64,000 nt of DNA from NCBI GenBank assembly GCA_050952225.1, contig JBMNKL010000002.1, forward strand, positions 210,484-274,483, given 5' to 3'. Both the position numbers and the translations under genes were made by a program. This document shows, one piece after another, positions 59,481 through 64,000 of this stretch. This stretch comes from Acetivibrionales bacterium (lineage in GTDB: Bacteria > Bacillota > Clostridia > Acetivibrionales > DTU013). The notes beneath the pieces were generated by a model, which was not told where the DNA came from, searched no databases, and worked only from the letters and a program-made list of their open reading frames with translations. Positions within the stretch are counted from its first letter, which is position 1, and each line of letters opens with the position of its first letter.

Positions 59481-60344
59481 TCATTCCAATGCATTGCTGA
59501 TGCCTTTTTGCACCCTGAACATCAATACAACCAGGATAGTTATGATAAATGCCATGATAAACGCGGCAGCAGTTAATTTCTGATAATCCAGTGATGAAAA
59601 CATGTTGTTCATATAGTGCTGGAGCATGTAAATGCTCTGATGAGGATAGCTCCCGGCAACCAGGTATGTTTCCCTGAATACCTTGAAAGAATTGATGATG
59701 GAAATCACAAATATAAAAAAGGATGTCGGCCCAAGATAAACCAGCGTTATCGAGGCAAACCTCCTGAATGCCGAAGCCCCGTCGACCTGTGCCGATTCGT
59801 AGTATTCCCTGGGAATATTCTGCAGCCCGGCAAGGAACAAGATAATATTGTAGCCCAGGTTCTTCCATATGTATACTATTATCACAACTGCCCTTGCCCG
59901 GCCGGTGTTCATCCAGTCAACTGCCTCAAGCCCGATTGAATATAAAAAACCGTTGATTACTCCATGGCTGCTGAAAACTATCTGCCAGACAAGCACTACC
60001 GAAGCTACCGGTATGACAAGCGGCGAAATAAAGAGCGTTCTTAGCTGGTTTCTGAAGTATATTTCCCTGTTGAGCATCAGCGCAAGCGCAAGCGCCAAAG
60101 CCATTATCAGCGGGACACTGATTGCCGTAAACAATAGGGTGTTGGACCCGGCCAGCAGGAACGAGTTGTTCCGCAGCAGGCCGATATAATTGGACAAACC
60201 GACAAAACGGCCTTTTACGGGGCTGTCCATCAATGAATAATATATGCCGGCGACAAACGGCAGAAAATAAAAAATTAAAAAGCCCGCCAGGCTTGGTGCA
60301 ACAAATGCCATGGCATAGAGGGCATTCTTTCTTTTCATGTCCAT
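59481..60344 (-). CDS. Carbohydrate ABC transporter permease (MalF/UgpA-like)
   Basis: FVAPSLAGF, FVGLSNY, WKNLGYNIILFLAGLQNIP..YYESAQVDGA. Start uncertain. Confidence 0.88.
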   Translation of the reverse strand: MDMKRKNALYAMAFVAPSLAGFLIFYFLPFVAGIYYSLMDSPVKGRFVGLSNYIGLLRNNSFLLAGSNTLLFTAISVPLIMALALALALMLNREIYFRNQLRTLFISPLVIPVASVVLVWQIVFSSHGVINGFLYSIGLEAVDWMNTGRARAVVIIVYIWKNLGYNIILFLAGLQNIPREYYESAQVDGASAFRRFASITLVYLGPTSFFIFVISIINSFKVFRETYLVAGSYPHQSIYMLQHYMNNMFSSLDYQKLTAAAFIMAFIITILVVLMFRVQKGISNALE

Positions 60345-60527
60345 GCCCTTGTAAATATATCTGTATGTATCTCTAATAACATCCATGATATGTATATTTT
60401 GCCTTCTAAGCATACTTATATTATTATTATACAACACAATTATTAGAAATTAAAGGGAAGAAAAAGAAATTTTACAATCTGGTAATAAGACGGTAAAACA
60501 ATGGCAACAGTACGATCAGACCACAGT

Positions 60528-61859
60528 TCACGCGTTGCTGCCGCTTTTTGCCGTAATAACTGAATCCCCGCCGCTTCCTTTTTCGCCGTTTCCGGCATCA
60601 GGTTCCGTCATCTTGCCTGTGCCGCCACAGTATGGGCAATCCATGCTCAATAAGGTGGACAACTCCTGTCTTACTTTCTTCCGGGTCATTTCAATCAGCC
60701 CAAGCCCGGTCATTCCAACAACGGTAGTCTTTACCCTGTCCTTTTTAAGTGCATTTTTCAGCGCATCCAGCACCATCTGCTGGTGCTTGTGCTCGTGCAT
60801 GTCAATAAAGTCGATAATTATTATCCCGCCGATATCTCTCAACCGTAGTTGTTTTGCAATTTCTTCGGCAGCTTCAAGGTTTGTCTTCAGCACCGTGTCC
60901 TCCAGGCAGCGTTTGCCGACGTACTTACCCGTATTGACATCAATTGCCGTAAGCGCCTCCGTCTTGTCTATTACCAGGTATCCTCCGGATTTCAGCCAAA
61001 CCTTCCGTGAGAGGGCGCGCGCTATTTGAGTCTCCAGCTGGTAATACTCGAACAGGTTATAGTTTTTGCTGAAATATTCCACCCTGTACTTCAATATGGG
61101 CGAAATCATATCGATAAGCTCCAGTACCTTGTTGTATTGGCGCCTGTCGTTAATAATAAACTTACTTATATCCTTGGTGAACAAATCCCTGACCACACGG
61201 TAAACAAGGTTCGGATCCTTGTGGATACAACGCGGCACCCTGCCGCTCAGTTCCTTCTTCCTGATGCTTTCCCAGAGATTCAGCAAAAAGCGCAGGTCAC
61301 CGGCAAAGTCCTCTTCTTCATTCATGCCTTCGGAAGCGGTTCTTATTATAAGCCCCATACCCTTCGGCTTCAGGCTTTCAGCTATTTTTTTCAGCCTGGC
61401 CCTTTCGCATCCGTTCTCTATTCTTCTTGAAACACCGGTATAATCGGCACCCGGCAGCAAAACAAGATGCCTGCCCGGCAGCGTAATGTTTGTGGTCACC
61501 CTCGGCCCCTTCGACCCGATCGGTTCCTTGATAACCTGCACGGTAAGCTCCTGCCCCGGTTTGAGCAATTCACAGATGTTGCAGCTTTTTGCATATGAAA
61601 CAGTATCTTCTTCGTCTTCCGTATACTCCTTCTTTGCGACCACATCACCGGCATATAAAAACGCGTTTTTCTCATAGCCGATATCTACAAAGGCAGCCTG
61701 CATTCCGGGCAAAACACTTGTAACCTTACCCCTGTATATATTTCCCGCCATCCTTTCCGAATCGGCCCGTTCAATGTATAACTCCGCTAATTCGCCGTCT
61801 TCCAGGAGCGCGACCCTGTTTACACCCATACCGATATCAACTACTAATTGACTACCCAA
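60528..61859 (-). CDS. rng: Ribonuclease E/G family endoribonuclease
   Basis: GNIYRGKV..VLPGMQAAFVDIG (S1 domain), EALTAIDVNTG, LRLRDIGGIIIIDFIDM, CPYCGGTG. Confidence 0.93.
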   Translation of the reverse strand: MGSQLVVDIGMGVNRVALLEDGELAELYIERADSERMAGNIYRGKVTSVLPGMQAAFVDIGYEKNAFLYAGDVVAKKEYTEDEEDTVSYAKSCNICELLKPGQELTVQVIKEPIGSKGPRVTTNITLPGRHLVLLPGADYTGVSRRIENGCERARLKKIAESLKPKGMGLIIRTASEGMNEEEDFAGDLRFLLNLWESIRKKELSGRVPRCIHKDPNLVYRVVRDLFTKDISKFIINDRRQYNKVLELIDMISPILKYRVEYFSKNYNLFEYYQLETQIARALSRKVWLKSGGYLVIDKTEALTAIDVNTGKYVGKRCLEDTVLKTNLEAAEEIAKQLRLRDIGGIIIIDFIDMHEHKHQQMVLDALKNALKKDRVKTTVVGMTGLGLIEMTRKKVRQELSTLLSMDCPYCGGTGKMTEPDAGNGEKGSGGDSVITAKSGSNA

Positions 61860-61874
61860 ACCAACACCCCAAAT

Positions 61875-64000
61875 CTATTTATAAGAAAGAACCGATCGGT
61901 CCAGAGGATCGACCAGTTTCCCGTTTATCTCAGAATAAAGGTTTTCCCTGTAAATCCTGAATGAATCCACCTCAATGCCGCCATATTGCTTCAGTGCGCT
62001 TATAAACAGCTCCGGGCGGAGATTGGCCTTGCTTCCGGCCTTAAACTTCGCATGGATTGCAAATGCGGCTTTATATTCCTCATAACCCGGGGGCATGCTC
62101 ATCATCACCGCCAGCCCGGCATCCAGGATCATGGGACGAATCTCGATCTCCTTTGTAACAATTTCACCGTACTTGTTCCTGCTTTCTTTAAGCACCTTTA
62201 TGCTATCCATTTTCAACAGCATTTTGAGCTTTTCGGAAGCATCCGCCGGTACCATCGGCTCCCTGAGAAAAATCTCCAGCATGTAGTCTGCGGCGGCTAT
62301 CGATGACATTATGTTAGCTTTTGATTTCTTCAGCCCGGCCTTCACAACCCTGATTGCATCAGGCAGGTTTTCATTAAGCCTGTTCATGAACCGCTCCGGC
62401 TCCATCTCCCGCTCCAGTTCAAAATCAGCATACTCGCCCCTGCTTGCCACTCCGACGGCCAGCGGCAGTCCGAACACAATGCCGGGACGCGGGTTAAAAC
62501 CTTGGGAATAGGCTACCGGAAGCTTTGAACGCCTGACCGCGCGTTCAAATACTCTCATCAAATCAAGATGGGATATGAATTTTACTTCTTCCCCTCTTGT
62601 GAACCTTATTCGCATGTATGCTTTCTTACCAGTCTGCTTACCGTTCAAAGCATTATTCCTTCGTTTGCCTTCGATTTGCCCTTCGTTGCTCCCTGCTTTG
62701 CCGGAACAGCTCATTTTATCACTGTCGCCTTCAGCAGCAGCCTTTTCGCTGCCGGCTCCGCCGCTCCTTCCTTCTGCCTCTGCGCTTCTCTTCCCGCTGC
62801 CGGGGCATTTGGCGTCAATACATATACCGCATCCGAAAGAGGATGCCCCGCAGCCGGAGCATGAATCCGCGCAGCAGGGCGTCACTTCGCCTTTTTGTGC
62901 TTTTTGCGCTTCGCCAAGAAGGAATTTTTTTGATATGCCTGTATCAATATGGTCCCATGGGAAAACTTCATCAGCGCTTCTCTTCCTGTTGGCGTAAAAG
63001 GCCGGGTCTATGCCGCACTCGTCAAAAGCCTTCATCCACATGTCATATTTAAAATGCTCACTCCAGCTGTCAAACCTGCAGCCAAGCTCCCACGCTCTCA
63101 GGAGCACCCTGCCCGTCCTCCTGTCGCCCCTGGCAAATACAGCTTCCAGGAAGCTCAGTTCCGGGTCGTGCCATGTATACCGCAAGTGCCTGCCCCTTGT
63201 TTTATCTTTCAAAAAAAGCTGCTTCATTCTCAATTCTTCAACGCTGTCCTGGGCTTCCCACTGGAAAGGCGTAAATGGTTTGGGCACAAACGACGATGTG
63301 CTGATGGTCACTTCAAGCCCTTTTCCTCTCTGCTCCTTAGGGGTCCTGAAATATTCCTCCACAACCTTTCTGCCCAGCACAGCAATACCTTCCACATCTT
63401 CCATCGTCTCATGCGGCAGGCCGATCATGAAATAAAGCTTCACCCCGTTCCATCCGCCTCTGAAGGCCAGGCTCACCGAATTGAGCAGATCATCTTCCGT
63501 GACTCCCTTGTTTATTATATCCCTGAGCCTTTGCGTGCCTGCTTCAGGCGCAAATGTCAGGCCGCTTTTCCGGACCTTCTGCACTTTCTCCATCAAGTCC
63601 AGCGAGAACGAGTCGATGCGAAGCGAAGGAAGGGCAAGGTTTACCTTCTTTGTCTCCATTTCTTCTATCAGCCCGGAAGTGAGCTCCTGCAATCCCGGGT
63701 AATCACTGGTGCTCAGCGAAGTCAGGGAAATCTCCTCGTATCCGGTGCTGTCCTGCAGCCTGCGGGCCAGGTCCATAAGCTTTTCGGGGGTACGTTCACG
63801 TACAGGCCTGTATATAAACCCTGCCTGGCAGAAACGGCATCCCCTCGTGCACCCGCGGAATAATTCCAGCATTATCCTGTCATGCACGACCGACAGGTAC
63901 GGAACAATAATTTTTTCTGGAAAATAAGCGCTGTCGGGCTCATTGATTATCCGCTTCTTTATCCTGGACGGGTATTGCGGCTTCACCGGCTCAACGGCTT
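61875..64000 (-). CDS. TIGR03960-type radical SAM protein fused to a TIGR03936/DUF2344 domain (5' end outside window)
   Basis: RGCTRGCRFC (CxxxCxxC), TFAPEAGTQRLR, FVPKPFTPFQW; C-terminal KFISHLDLMRVFERAVRRS..YSQGFNP; frame stays open to the window edge. Confidence 0.88.
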   Translation of the reverse strand, partial: AVEPVKPQYPSRIKKRIINEPDSAYFPEKIIVPYLSVVHDRIMLELFRGCTRGCRFCQAGFIYRPVRERTPEKLMDLARRLQDSTGYEEISLTSLSTSDYPGLQELTSGLIEEMETKKVNLALPSLRIDSFSLDLMEKVQKVRKSGLTFAPEAGTQRLRDIINKGVTEDDLLNSVSLAFRGGWNGVKLYFMIGLPHETMEDVEGIAVLGRKVVEEYFRTPKEQRGKGLEVTISTSSFVPKPFTPFQWEAQDSVEELRMKQLFLKDKTRGRHLRYTWHDPELSFLEAVFARGDRRTGRVLLRAWELGCRFDSWSEHFKYDMWMKAFDECGIDPAFYANRKRSADEVFPWDHIDTGISKKFLLGEAQKAQKGEVTPCCADSCSGCGASSFGCGICIDAKCPGSGKRSAEAEGRSGGAGSEKAAAEGDSDKMSCSGKAGSNEGQIEGKRRNNALNGKQTGKKAYMRIRFTRGEEVKFISHLDLMRVFERAVRRSKLPVAYSQGFNPRPGIVFGLPLAVGVASRGEYADFELEREMEPERFMNRLNENLPDAIRVVKAGLKKSKANIMSSIAAADYMLEIFLREPMVPADASEKLKMLLKMDSIKVLKESRNKYGEIVTKEIEIRPMILDAGLAVMMSMPPGYEEYKAAFAIHAKFKAGSKANLRPELFISALKQYGGIEVDSFRIYRENLYSEINGKLVDPLDRSVLSYK

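Noticed and set aside
62949-63863. 304 aa plus-strand ORF
   Set aside because: Antisense shadow of the radical SAM gene.

Overview
This is a 64 kb chromosomal window from a sporulating Clostridia-type Firmicute. The Prp-processed L27, DUF4364, copper-amine-oxidase-N protein and SPL-like radical SAM support that assignment; the taxon is inferred. Almost all genes lie on the minus strand. Core or housekeeping content: liv branched-chain amino acid ABC operon, pdxA-family gene, nagB, polar amino acid ABC, yhbY-obgE-rpmA-prp-rplU with an L21 leader, rng, and a fused TIGR03960/TIGR03936 radical SAM gene. Accessory content: (1) a 13 kb nine-gene glycan-uptake cluster with two permease pairs, two solute-binding proteins, and NHL/TPR, YIP1 and DUF5696-like proteins but no ATPase; (2) a 1565 aa kinase-like/AAA/TPR/GAF/LuxR regulator followed by a palindrome, a small HD-GYP-N-like protein and a GGDEF cyclase; (3) an intact IS30 element with a 14 bp direct repeat; (4) an approximately 15 kb insert between rng and rplU. 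That insert holds a hybrid CUT1-permease/membrane-fusion-protein/MacB-like operon, a LacI-controlled sugar cluster with three operator palindromes, and a 1.6 kb ORF-less stretch that decodes as an indel-riddled ISLre2-family element. A MEDS-histidine kinase gene is split by a frameshift. I saw no rRNA, tRNA or CRISPR array. Family assignments come from motif recognition by eye, not database searches.
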